In this document: positions 1-12,780 of the stretch, piece by piece
How positions within the stretch are numbered: position 1 is the stretch's first letter
Layout of the letters: the number at the start of each line of letters is the position of its first letter
The notes under the pieces: model-generated
What the model was told of the DNA's origin: nothing
Database searches by the model: none
Seen by the model: only the letters and a program-made list of their open reading frames with translations
Translations under genes and position numbers: made by a program
Assembly (NCBI RefSeq): GCF_009914755.1
Contig: NC_060932.1
From: the human T2T-CHM13v2.0 reference genome, Homo sapiens
DNA: 64,000 bases
Reading direction: 5' to 3' (one strand)

Positions 1-149
1 TTCCGACAAAAACTAGACAGAAGCATTCGCAGAATCACGTTTGTGATGTGTGCACTCAACTGTCAGAATTGAACCTTGGTTTGGAGAGAGCACTTTTGAA
101 ACACTCTTTTTGTAGAATCTGCAGGTGGATATTTGGCTAGCTTTGAGGA

Positions 150-166
150 TTTCGTTGGAAACGGTA
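150..166 (+). promoter_or_regulatory. Degenerate CENP-B box of monomer a (TTTCGTTGGAAACGGTA), fixed in every 7-mer and in the 11-mer
   Basis: CGGT replaces the essential CGGG of NTTCGNNNNANNCGGGN. It recurs at 1343 and in every later copy of monomer a. Confidence 0.85.
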
Positions 167-491
167 ATGTCTTCAAAGAAAATCTAGACAGAAGCATTCT
201 CAGAAACACCTTCGTGATGTTTGCAATCAAGTCACAGAGTTGAACCTTCCGTTTCATAGAGCAGGTTGGAAACACACTTTTTGTAGTATCTGGAAGTGGA
301 CATTTGGAGGGCTTTGTAGCCTATGTGGAAAAAGGAAATATCTTCCCATGAATGCGAGATAGAAGTAATCTCAGAAACATGTTTATGCTGTATCTACTCA
401 ACTAACTGTGCTGAACATTTCTATTGATAGAGCAGTTTTGAGACACTCTTCTTTTGGAATCTGCAAGTGGATATTTGGATAGATTTGAGGA

Positions 492-508
492 TTTCGTTGG
501 AAACGGGA
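492..508 (+). promoter_or_regulatory. CENP-B box (monomer c), representative
   Basis: TTTCGTTGGAAACGGGA matches all 9 essential positions. It sits at offset +130 in each HOR. Confidence 0.95.
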
Positions 509-829
509 TTATATATCAAAAGTAGACAGCAGCAATCTCAGAAACTTCTTTGTGATGTTTGCATCTAGCTCCCAGAGTTGAACATTCCCTTTCATAGAGT
601 AGTTTTGAAACCCTCTTTTTATAGTGTCTGGAAGCGGGCATTTGGAGCGCTTTCAGGCCTATGCTGAAAAAGGAAATATCTACCTATAGAAACTAGACAG
701 AAGCATTCTGAGAATCACGTTTGTGATGTGGGTACTCAACTAACAGTGTTGATCCATTCTTTTGATACAGCAGTTTTGAACCACACTTTTTGTAGAATCT
801 GCAAGTGGATATTTGGATAGCTGTGAGGA

Positions 830-846
830 TTTCGTTGGAAACGGGA
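830..846 (+). promoter_or_regulatory. CENP-B box (monomer e), representative
   Basis: TTTCGTTGGAAACGGGA. Confidence 0.95.
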
Positions 847-1000
847 ATGTCTTCATAGAAAATTTAGACAGAAGCATTCTCAGAACCTTGATTGTGATGT
901 GTGTTCTCCACTAACAGAGTTGAACCTTTCTTTTGACAGAACTGTTCTGAAACATTCTTTTTATAGAATCTGGAAGTGGATATTTGGAAAGCTTTGAGGA

Positions 1001-1017
1001 TTTCGTTGGAAACGGGA
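1001..1017 (+). promoter_or_regulatory. CENP-B box (monomer f), representative; 171 bp after the monomer-e box
   Basis: TTTCGTTGGAAACGGGA. Two B-type monomers are adjacent here, breaking the dimeric alternation. Confidence 0.95.
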
Positions 1018-4000
1018 ATATCTTCAAATCAAATCTAGCCAGAAGCATTCTAAGAAACAGCTTAGGGATGTTTACATTCAAGTCACAGAGTTGAACATTC
1101 CCTTTCACAGAGCAGGTTTGAAACAATCTTCTCGTACTATCTGGCAGTGGACATTTTGAGCTCCTTGGGGCCTATGCTGAAAAAGGAAATATCTTCCGAC
1201 AAAAACTAGACAGAAGCATTCGCAGAATCACGTTTGTGATGTGTGCACTCAACTGTCAGAATTGAACCTTGGTTTGGACAGAGCACTTTTGAAACACTCT
1301 TTTTGTAGAATCTGCAGGTGGATATTTGGCTAGCTTTGAGGATTTCGTTGGAAACGGTAATGTCTTCAAAGAAAATCTAGACAGAAGCATTCTCAGAAAC
1401 ACCTTCGTGATGTTTGCAATCAAGTCACAGAGTTGAACCTTCCGTTTCATAGAGCAGGTTGGAAACACTCTTTTTGTAGTATCTGGAAGTGGACATTTGG
1501 AGGGCTTTGTAGCCTATCTGGAAAAAGGAAATATCTTCCCATGAATGCGAGATAGAAGTAATCTCAGAAACATGTTTATGCTGTATCTACTCAACTAACT
1601 GTGCTGAACATTTCTATTGATAGAGCAGTTTTGAGACACTCTTCTTTTGGAATCTGCAAGTGGATATTTGGATAGATTTGAGGATTTCGTTGGAAACGGG
1701 ATTATATATCAAAAGTAGACAGCAGCATTCTCAGAAACTTCTTTGTGATGTTTGCATCCAGCTCTCAGAGTTGAACATTCCCTTTCATAGAGTAGGTTTG
1801 AAACCCTCTTTTTATAGTGTCTGGAAGCGGGCATTTGGAGCGCTTTCAGGCCTATGCTGAAAAAGGAAATATCTACCTACAGAAACTAGACAGAAGCATT
1901 CTGAGAATCACGTTTGTGATGTGGGTACTCAACTAACAGTGTTGATCCATTCTTTTGATACAGCAGTTTTGAACCACACTTTTTGTAGAATCTGCAAGTG
2001 GATATTTGGATAGCTGTGAGGATTTCGTTGGAAACGGGAATGTCTTCATAGAAAATTTAGACAGAAGCATTCTCAGAACCTCGATTGTGATGTGTGTTCT
2101 CCACTAACAGAGTTGAACCTTTCTTTTGACAGAACTGTTCTGAAACATTCTTTTTATAGAATCTGGAAGTGGATATTTGGAAAGCTTTGAGGATTTCGTT
2201 GGAAACGGGAATATCTTCAAATCAAATCTAGCCAGAAGCATTCTAAGAAACATCTTAGGGATGTTTACATTCAAGTCACAGAGTTGAACATTCCCTTTCA
2301 CAGAGCAGGTTTGAAACAATCTTCTCGTACTATCTGGCAGTGGACATTTTGAGCTCCTTGGGGCCTATGCTGAAAAAGGAAATATCTTCCGACAAAAACT
2401 AGACAGAAGCATTCGCAGAATCACGTTTGTGATGTGTGCACTCAACTGTCAGAATTGAACCTTGGTTTGGACAGAGCACTTTTGAAACACTCTTTTTGTA
2501 GAATCTGCAGGTGGATATTTGGCTAGCTTTGAGGATTTCGTTGGAAACGGTAATGTCTTCAAAGAAAATCTAGACAGAAGCATTCTCAGCAACACCTTCG
2601 TGATGTTTGCAATCAAGTCACAGAGTTGAACCTTCCGTTTCATAGAGCAGGTTGGAAACACTCTTTTTGTAGTATCTGGAAGTGGACATTTGGAGGGCTT
2701 TTTAGCCTATCTGGAAAAAGGAAATATCTTCCCATGAATGCGAGATAGAAGTAATCTCAGAAACATGTTTATGCTGTGTCTACTCAACTAACTGTGCTGA
2801 GCATTTCTATTGATAGAGCAGTTTTGAGACACTCTTCTTTTGGAATCTGCAAGTGGATATTAGGATAGATTTGAGGATTTCGTTGGAAACGGGATTATAT
2901 ATAAAAAGTAGACAGCAGCATTCTCAGAAACTTCTTTGTGATGTTTGCATCCAGCTCTCAGAGTTGAACATTCCCTTTCATAGAGTAGGTTTGAAACCCT
3001 CTTTTTATAGTGTCTGGAAGCGGGCATTTGGAGCGCTTTCAGGCCTATGCTGAAAAAGGAAATATCTACCTATAGAAACTAGACAGAAGCATTCTGAGAA
3101 TCACGTTTGTGATGTGGGTACTCAACTAACAGTGTTGATCCATTCTTTTGATACAGCAGTTTTGAACCACACTTTTTGTAGAATCTGCAAGTGGATATTT
3201 GGATAGCTGTGAGGATTTCGTTGGAAACGGGAATGTCTTCATAGAAAATTTAGACAGAAGCATTCTCAGAACCTTGATTGTGATGTGTGTTCTCCACTAA
3301 CAAAGTTGAACCTTTCTTTTGACAGAACTGTTCTGAAACATTCTTTTTATAGAATCTGGAAGTGGATATTTGGAAAGCTTTGAGGATTTCGTTGGAAACG
3401 GGAATATCTTCAAATCAAATCTAGCCAGAAGCATTCTAAGAAACATCTTAGGGATGTTTACATTCAAGTCACAGAGTTGAACATTCCCTTTCACAGAGCA
3501 GGTTTGAAACAATCTTCTCGTACTATCTGGCAGTGGACATTTTGAGCTCCTTGGGGCCTATGCTGAAAAAGGAAATATCTTCCGACAAAAACTAGACAGA
3601 AGCATTCGCAGAATCACGTTTGTGATGTGTGCACTCAACTGTCAGAATTGAACCTTGGTTTGGACAGAGCACTTTTGAAACACTCTTTTTGTAGAATCTG
3701 CAGGTGGATATTTGGCTAGCTTTGAGGATTTCGTTGGAAACGGTAATGTCTTCAAAGAAAATCTAGACAGAAGCATTCTCAGAAACACCTTCGTGATGTT
3801 TGCAATCAAGTCACAGAGTTGAACCTTCCGTTTCATAGAGCAGGTTGGAAACACTCTTTTTGTAGTATCTGGAAGTGGACATTTGGAGGGCTTTGTAGCC
3901 TATCTGGAAAAAGGAAATATCTTCCCATGAATGCGAGATAGAAGTAATCTCAGAAACATGTTTATGCTGTATCTACTCAACTAACTGTGCTGAACATTTC

Positions 4001-7000
4001 TATTGATAGAGCAGTTTTGAGACACTCTTCTTTTGGAATCTGCAAGTGGATATTTGGATAGATTTGAGGATTTCGTTGGAAACGGGATTATATATCAAAA
4101 GTAGACAGCAGCATTCTCAGAAACTTCTTTGTGATGTTTGCATCCAGCTCTCAGAGTTGAACATTCCCTTTCATAGAGTAGGTTTGAAACCCTCTTTTTA
4201 TAGTGTCTGGAAGCGGGCATTTGGAGCGCTTTCAGGCCTATGCTGAAAAAGGAAATATCTACCTACAGAAACTAGACAGAAGCATTCTGAGAATCACGTT
4301 TGTGATGTGGGTACTCAACTAACAGTGTTGATCCATTCTTTTGATACAGCAGTTTTGAACCACACTTTTTGTAGAATCTGCAAGTGGATATTTGGATAGC
4401 TGTGAGGATTTCGTTGGAAACGGGAATGTCTTCATAGAAAATTTAGACAGAAGCATTCTCAGAACCTTGATTGTGATGTGTGTTCTCCACTAACAGAGTT
4501 GAACCTTTCTTTTGACAGAACTGTTCTGAAACATTCTTTTTATAGAATCTGGAAGTGGATATTTGGAAAGCTTTGAGGATTTCATTGGAAACGGGAATAT
4601 CTTCAAATCAAATCTAGCCAGAAGCATTCTAAGAAACATCTTAGGGATGTTTACATTCAAGTCACAGAGTTGAACATTCCCTTTCACAGAGCAGGTTTGA
4701 AACAATCTTCTCGTACTATCTGGCAGTGGACATTTTGAGCTCCTTGGGGCCTATGCTGAAAAAGGAAATATCTTCCGACAAAAACTAGACAGAAGCATTC
4801 GCAGAATCACGTTTGTGATGTGTGCACTCAACTGTCAGAATTGAACCTTGGTTTGGACAGAGCACTTTTGAAACACTCTTTTTGTAGAATCTGCAGGTGG
4901 ATATTTGGCTAGCTTTGAGGATTTCGTTGGAAACGGTAATGTCTTCAAAGAAAATCTAGACAGAAGCATTCTCAGAAACACCTTCGTGATGTTTGCAATC
5001 AAGTCACAGAGTTGAACCTTCCGTTTCATAGAGCAGGTTGGAAACACTCTTTTTGTAGTATCTGGAAGTGGACATTTGGAGGGCTTTTTAGCCTATCTGG
5101 AAAAAGGAAATATCTTCCCATGAATGCGAGATAGAAGTAATCTCAGAAACATGTTTATGCTGTATCTACTCAACTAACTGTGCTGAGCATTTCTATTGAT
5201 AGAGCAGTTTTGAGACACTCTTCTTTTGGAATCTGCAAGTGGATATTTGGATAGATTTGAGGATTTCGTTGGAAACGGGATTATATATAAAAAGTAGACA
5301 GCAGCATTCTCAGAAACTTCTTTGTGATGTTTGCATCCAGCTCTCAGAGTTGAACATTCCCTTTCATAGAGTAGGTTTGAAACCCTCTTTTTATAGTGTC
5401 TGGAAGCGGGCATTTGGAGCGCTTTCAGGCCTATGCTGAAAAAGGAAATATCTACCTATAGAAACTAGACAGAAGCATTCTGAGAATCACGTTTGTGATG
5501 TGGGTACTCAACTAACAGTGTTGATCCATTCTTTTGATACAGCAGTTTTGAACCACACTTTTTGTAGAATCTGCAAGTGGATATTTGGATAGCTGTGAGG
5601 ATTTCGTTGGAAACGGGAATGTCTTCATAGAAAATTTAGACAGAAGCATTCTCAGAACCTTGATTGTGATGTGTGTTCTCCACTAACAAAGTTGAACCTT
5701 TCTTTTGACAGAACTGTTCTGAAACATTCTTTTTATAGAATCTGGAAGTGGATATTTGGAAAGCTTTGAGGATTTCGTTGGAAACGGGAATATCTTCAAA
5801 TCAAATCTAGCCAGAAGCATTCTAAGAAACATCTTAGGGATGTTTACATTCAAGTCACAGAGTTGAACATTCCCTTTCACAGAGCAGGTTTGAAACAATC
5901 TTCTCGTACTATCTGGCAGTGGACATTTTGAGCTCCTTGGGGCCTATGCTGAAAAAGGAAATATCTTCCGACAAAAACTAGACAGAAGCATTCGCAGAAT
6001 CACGTTTGTGATGTGTGCACTCAACTGTCAGAATTGAACCTTGGTTTGGACAGAGCACTTTTGAAACACTCTTTTTGTAGAATCTGCAGGTGGATATTTG
6101 GCTAGCTTTGAGGATTTCGTTGGAAACGGTAATGTCTTCAAAGAAAATCTAGACAGAAGCATTCTCAGAAACACCTTCGTGATGTTTGCAATCAAGTCAC
6201 AGAGTTGAACCTTCCGTTTCATAGAGCAGGTTGGAAACACTCTTTTTGTAGTATCTGGAAGTGGACATTTGGAGGGCTTTGTAGCCTATCTGGAAAAAGG
6301 AAATATCTTCCCATGAATGCGAGATAGAAGTAATCTCAGAAACATGTTTATGCTGTATCTACTCAACTAACTGTGCTGAACATTTCTATTGATAGAGCAG
6401 TTTTGAGACACTCTTCTTTTGGAATCTGCAAGTGGATATTTGGATAGATTTGAGGATTTCGTTGGAAACGGGATTATATATCAAAAGTAGACAGCAGCAT
6501 TCTCAGAAACTTCTTTGTGATGTTTGCATCCAGCTCTCAGAGTTGAACATTCCCTTTCATAGAGTAGGTTTGAAACCCTCTTTTTATAGTGTCTGGAAGC
6601 GGGCATTTGGAGCGCTTTCAGGCCTATGCTGAAAAAGGAAATATCTACCTACAGAAACTAGACAGAAGCATTCTGAGAATCACGTTTGTGATGTGGGTAC
6701 TCAACTAACAGTGTTGATCCATTCTTTTGATACAGCAGTTTTGAACCACACTTTTTGTAGAATCTGCAAGTGGATATTTGGATAGCTGTGAGGATTTCGT
6801 TGGAAACGGGAATGTCTTCATAGAAAATTTAGACAGAAGCATTCTCAGAACCTTGATTGTGATGTGTGTTCTCCACTAACAGAGTTGAACCTTTCTTTTG
6901 ACAGAACTGTTCTGAAACATTCTTTTTATAGAATCTGGAAGTGGATATTTGGAAAGCTTTGAGGATTTCGTTGGAAACGGGAATATCTTCAAATCAAATC

Positions 7001-7519
7001 TAGCCAGAAGCATTCTAAGAAACATCTTAGGGATGTTTACATTCAAGTCACAGAGTTGAACATTCCCTTTCACAGAGCAGGTTTGAAACAATCTTCTCGT
7101 ACTATCTGGCAGTGGACATTTTGAGCTCCTTGGGGCCTATGCTGAAAAAGGAAATATCTTCCGACAAAAACTAGACAGAAGCATTCGCAGAATCACGTTT
7201 GTGATGTGTGCACTCAACTGTCAGAATTGAACCTTGGTTTGGACAGAGCACTTTTGAAACACTCTTTTTGTAGAATCTGCAGGTGGATATTTGGCTAGCT
7301 TTGAGGATTTCGTTGGAAACGGTAATGTCTTCAAAGAAAATCTAGACAGAAGCATTCTCAGAAACACCTTCGTGATGTTTGCAATCAAGTCACAGAGTTG
7401 AACCTTCCGTTTCATAGAGCAGGTTGGAAACACTCTTTTTGTAGTATCTGGAAGTGGACATTTGGAGGGCTTTTTAGCCTATCTGGAAAAAGGAAATATC
7501 TTCCCATGAATGCGAGATA

Positions 7520-8875
7520 GAAGTAATCTCAGAAACATGTTTATGCTGTATCTACTCAACTAACTGTGCTGAGCATTTCTATTGATAGAGCAGTTTTGAG
7601 ACACTCTTCTTTTGGAATCTGCAAGTGGATATTTGGATAGATTTGAGGATTTCGTTGGAAACGGGATTATATATAAAAAGTAGACAGCAGCATTCTCAGA
7701 AACTTCTTTGTGATGTTTGCATCCAGCTCTCAGAGTTGAACATTCCCTTTCATAGAGTAGGTTTGAAACCCTCTTTTTATAGTGTCTCGAAGCGGGCATT
7801 TGGAGCGCTTTCAGGCCTATGCTTAAAATAGGAAATATCTACCTACAGAAACTAGACAGAAGCATTCTGAGAATCACGTTTGTGATGTGGGTACTCAACT
7901 AACAGTGTTGATCCATTCTTTTGATACAGCAGTTTTGAACCACACTTTTTGTAGAATCTGCAAGAGGATATTTGGATAGCTGTGAGGATTTCGTTGGAAA
8001 CGGGAATGTCTTTAAAGAAAATCTAGACAGAAACATTCTCAGAAACACCTTCATGATGTTTGCAATCAAGTCTCAGAGTTGAACCTTCCGTTTCATAGAG
8101 CAGGTTGGAAACACTCTTTTTGTAGTATCTGGAAGTGGACATTTGGAGCGCTTTCAGGCCTATGGTGAAAAAGGAAATATCTTCCCATAAAAACGACATA
8201 GAAGCTATCTCAGGAACTTGTTTATGATGCATCTAATCAACTAACAGTGTTGAACCTTTGTACTGACAGAGCACTTTGAAACACTCTTTTTTTGGAATCT
8301 GCAAGTGGATATTTGGATCGCTTTGAGGATTTCGTTGGAAACGGGATGCAATATAAAACGTACACAGCAGCATACTCAGAAAATACTTTGCCATATTTCC
8401 ATTCAAGTCACAGAGTGGAACATTCCCATTCATAGAGCAGGTTTGAAACACTCTTTTTGGAGTATCTGGAAGTGGACATTTGGAGCGCTTTCTGAACTAT
8501 GGTGAAAAAGGAAATATCTTCCAATGAAAACAAGACAGAAGCATTCTGAGAAACTTCTTTGTGATGTGTGTCCTCAACAAACGGACTTGAACCTTTCGTT
8601 TCATGCAGTACTTCTGGAACACTCTTTTTGAAGATTCTGCATGCGGATATTTGGATAGCTTTGAGGATTTCGTTGGAAACGGGCTTACATGTAAAAATTA
8701 GACAGCAGCATTCTCAGAAACTTCTTTGTGGTGTCTGCATTCAAGTCACAGAATTGAACTTCCCCTCACATAGAGCAGTTGTGCAGCACTCTATTTGTAG
8801 TATCTGGAAGTGGACATTTGGAGGGCTTTGTAGCCTATCTGGAAAAAGGAAATATCTTCCCATGAATGCGAGATA
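7520..8875 (+). repeat. One 8-mer HOR (1356 bp)
   Basis: Contains monomers i-j-k-l (GAAGCTATCTCAGG, GCAGCATACTCAG, GTGTGTCCTCAAC, GTGGTGTCTGC) and lacks f-g. CENP-B boxes at 7650, 7989, 8330 and 8668. Confidence 0.95.
8160..8176 (+). promoter_or_regulatory. pJalpha (A-box) motif CTATGGTGAAAAAGGAA, representative (also 8497-8513)
   Basis: Occupies the position homologous to the CENP-B box in A-type monomers b and j of each 8-mer. Confidence 0.75.
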
Positions 8876-10068
8876 GAAGTAATCTCAGAAACATGTTTAT
8901 GCTGTATCTACTCAACTAACTGTGCTGAACATTTCTATTGATAGAGCAGTTTTGAGACACTCTTCTTTTGGAATCTGCAAGTGGATATTTGGATAGATTT
9001 GAGGATTTCGTTGGAAACGGGATGATATATAAAAAGTAGACAGCAGCATTCTCAGAAACTTCTTTGTGATGTTTGCATCCAGCTCTCAGAGTTGAACATT
9101 CCCTTTCATAGAGTAGGTTTGAAACCCTCTTTTTATAGTGTCTGGAAGCGGGCATTTGGAGCGCTTTCAGGCCTATGCTGAAAAAGGAAATATCTACCTA
9201 TAGAAACTAGACAGAAGCATTCTGAGAATCACGTTTGTGATGTGGGTACTCAACTAACAGTGTTGATCCATTCTTTTGATACAGCAGTTTTGAACCACAC
9301 TTTTTGTAGAATCTGCAAGTGGATATTTGGATAGCTGTGAGGATTTCGTTGGAAACGGGAATGTCTTCATAGAAAATTTAGACAGAAGCATTCTCAGAAC
9401 CTTGATTGTGATGTGTGTTCTCCACTAACAGAGTTGAACCTTTCTTTTGACAGAACTGTTCTGAAACATTCTTTTTATAGAATCTGGAAGTGGATATTTG
9501 GAAAGCTTTGAGGATTTCGTTGGAAACGGGAATATCTTCAAATCAAATCTAGCCAGAAGCATTCTAAGAAACATCTTAGGGATGTTTACATTCAAGTCAC
9601 AGAGTTGAACATTCCCTTTCACAGAGCAGGTTTGAAACAATCTTCTCGTACTATCTGGCAGTGGACATTTTGAGCTCCTTGGGGCCTATGCTGAAAAAGG
9701 AAATATCTTCCGACAAAAACTAGACAGAAGCATTCGCAGAATCACGTTTGTGATGTGTGCACTCAACTGTCAGAATTGAACCTTGGTTTGGACAGAGCAC
9801 TTTTGAAACACTCTTTTTGTAGAATCTGCAGGTGGATATTTGGCTAGCTTTGAGGATTTCGTTGGAAACGGTAATGTCTTCAAAGAAAATCTAGACAGAA
9901 GCATTCTCAGAAACACCTTCGTGATGTTTGCAATCAAGTCACAGAGTTGAACCTTCCGTTTCATAGAGCAGGTTGGAAACACTCTTTTTGTAGTATCTGG
10001 AAGTGGACATTTGGAGGGCTTTGTAGCCTATCTGGAAAAAGGAAATATCTTCCCATGAATGCGAGATA
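8876..10068 (+). repeat. One 7-mer HOR
   Basis: 1193 bp between GAAGTAATC starts; contains f-g-a. Confidence 0.95.
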
Positions 10069-12780
10069 GAAGTAATCTCAGAAACATGTTTATGCTGTAT
10101 CTACTCAACTAACTGTGCTGAACATTTCTATTGATAGAGCAGTTTTGAGACACTCTTCTTTTGGAATCTGCAAGTGGATATTTGGATAGATTTGAGGATT
10201 TCGTTGGAAACGGGATTATATATAAAAAGTAGACAGCAGCATTCTCAGAAACTTCTTTGTGATGTTTGCATCCAGCTCTCAGAGTTGAACATTCCCTTTC
10301 ATAGAGTAGGTTTGAAACCCTCTTTTTATAGTGTCTGGAAGCGGGCATTTGGAGCGCTTTCAGGCCTATGCTTAAAATAGGAAATATCTACCTACAGAAA
10401 CTAGACAGAAGCATTCTGAGAATCACGTTTGTGATGTGGGTACTCAACTAACAGTGTTGATCCATTCTTTTGATACAGCAGTTTTGAACCACACTTTTTG
10501 TAGAATCTGCAAGAGGATATTTGGATAGCTGTGAGGATTTCGTTTGAAACGGGAATGTCTTCAAAGAAAATCTAGACAGAAGCATTCTGAGGAACACCTT
10601 CGTGATGTTTGCAATCAAGTCACAGAGTTGAACCTTCCGTTTCATAGAGCAGGTTGGAAACACTCTTATTGTAGTATCTGGAAGTGGACATTTGGAGCGC
10701 TTTCAGGCCTATGGTGAAAAAGGAAATATCTTCCCATAAAAACGACATAGAAGCTGTCTCAGGAACTTGTTTATGATGCATCTAATCAACTAACAGTGTT
10801 GAACCTTTGTACTGACAGAGCAGTTTGAAACACTCTTTTTTTGGAATCTGCAAGTGGATATTTGGATCGCTTTGAGGATTTCGTTGGAAACGGGATGCAA
10901 TATAAAACGTACACAGCAGCATACTCAGAAAATACTTTGCCATATTTCCATTCAAGTCACAGAGTGGAACATTCCCATTCATAGAGCAGGTTTGAAACAC
11001 TCTTTTTGGAGTATCTGGAAGTGGACATTTGGAGCGCTTTCTGAACTATGGTGAAAAAGGAAATATCTTCCAATGAAAACAAGACAGAAGCATTCTGAGA
11101 AACTTATTTGTGATGTGTGTCCTCAACAAACGGACTTGAACCTTTCGTTTCATGCAGTACTTCTGGAACACTCTTTTTGAAGATTCTGCATGCGGATATT
11201 TGGATAGCTTTGAGGATTTCGTTGGAAACGGGCTTACATGTAAAAATTAGACAGCAGCATTCTCAGAAACTTCTTTGTGGTGTCTGCATTCAAGTCACAG
11301 AATTGAACTTCCCCTCACATAGAGCAGTTGTGCAGCACTCTATTTGTAGTATCTGGAAGTGGACATTTGGAGGGCTTTGTAGCCTATCTGGAAAAAGGAA
11401 ATATCTTCCCATGAATGCGAGATAGAAGTAATCTCAGAAACATGTTTATGCTGTATCTACTCAACTAACTGTGCTGAACATTTCTATTGATAGAGCAGTT
11501 TTGAGACACTCTTCTTTTGGAATCTGCAAGTGGATATTTGGATAGATTTGAGGATTTCGTTGGAAACGGGATTATATATAAAAAGTAGACAGCAGCATTC
11601 TCAGAAACTTCTTTGTGATGTTTGCATCCAGCTCTCAGAGTTGAACATTCCCTTTCATAGAGTAGGTTTGAAACCCTCTTTTTATAGTGTCTGGAAGCGG
11701 GCATTTGGAGCGCTTTCAGGCCTATGCTTAAAATAGGAAATATCTACCTACAGAAACTAGACAGAACCATTCTGAGAATCACGTTTGTGATGTGGGTACT
11801 CAACTAACAGTGTTGATCCATTCTTTTGATACAGCAGTTTTGAACCACACTTTTTGTAGAATCTGCAAGAGGATATTTGGATAGCTGTGAGGATTTCGTT
11901 GGAAACGGGAATGTCTTCAAAGAAAATCTAGACAGAAGCATTCTCAGAAACACCTTCGTGATGTTTGCAATCAAGTCACAGAGTTGAACCTTCCGTTTCA
12001 TAGAGCAGGTTGGAAACACTCTTATTGTAGTATCTGGAAGTGGACATTTGGAGCGCTTTCAGGCCTATGGTGAAAAAGGAAATATCTTCCCATAAAAACG
12101 ACATAGAAGCTATCTCAGGAACTTGTTTATGATGCATCTAATCAACTAACAGTGTTGAACCTTTGTACTGACAGAGCAGTTTGAAACACTCTTTTTTTGG
12201 AATCTGCAAGTGGATATTTGGATCACTTTGAGGATTTCGTTGGAAACGGGATGCAATATAAAACGTACACAGCAGCATACTCAGAAAATACTTTGCCATG
12301 TTTCCATTCAAGTCACAGAGTGGAACATTCCCATTCATAGAGCAGGTTGGAAACACTCTTTTTGGAGTATCTGGAAGTGGACATTTGGAGCGCTTTCTGA
12401 ACTATGGTGAAAAAGGAAATATCTTCCAATGAAAACAAGACAGAAGCATTCTGAGAAACTTATTTGTGATGTGTGTCCTCAACAAACGGACTTGAACCTT
12501 TCGTTTCATGCAGTACTTCTGGAACACTCTTTTTGAAGATTCTGCATGCGGATATTTGGATAGCTTTGAGGATTTCGTTGGAAACGGCCTTACATGTAAA
12601 AATTAGACAGCAGCATTCTCAGAAACTTCTTTGTGGTGTCTGCATTCAAGTCACAAAATTGAACTTCCCCTCACATAGAGCAGTTGTGCAGCACTCTATT
12701 TGTAGTATCTGGAAGTGGACATTTGGAGGGCTTTGTAGCCTATCTGGAAAAAGGAAATATCTTCCCATGAATGCGAGATA
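10069..12780 (+). repeat. Two 8-mer HORs (10069, 11425)
   Basis: 1356-bp spacing; contain i-j-k-l. Confidence 0.95.

Larger units (their letters stand above)
1..7519 (+). repeat. Partial 7-mer (1-361) plus six 7-mer HORs (starts 362, 1555, 2748, 3941, 5134, 6327)
   Basis: Exact 1193-bp period of GAAGTAATC and of the ORF track (63/1256/2449/3642/4835/6028/7221). Confidence 0.95.

Noticed and set aside
7520-10068. 2549-bp 15-mer as a distinct HOR
   Set aside because: It is an adjacent 8-mer plus 7-mer and does not form a sustained tandem run here. It likely corresponds to the classical ~2.5-kb chr8 unit.
10538-10554. Variant box TTTCGTTTGAAACGGGA (G>T at 10545) as a CENP-B knockout
   Set aside because: The change is at a non-essential N position of NTTCGNNNNANNCGGGN, so the box is still counted as intact.
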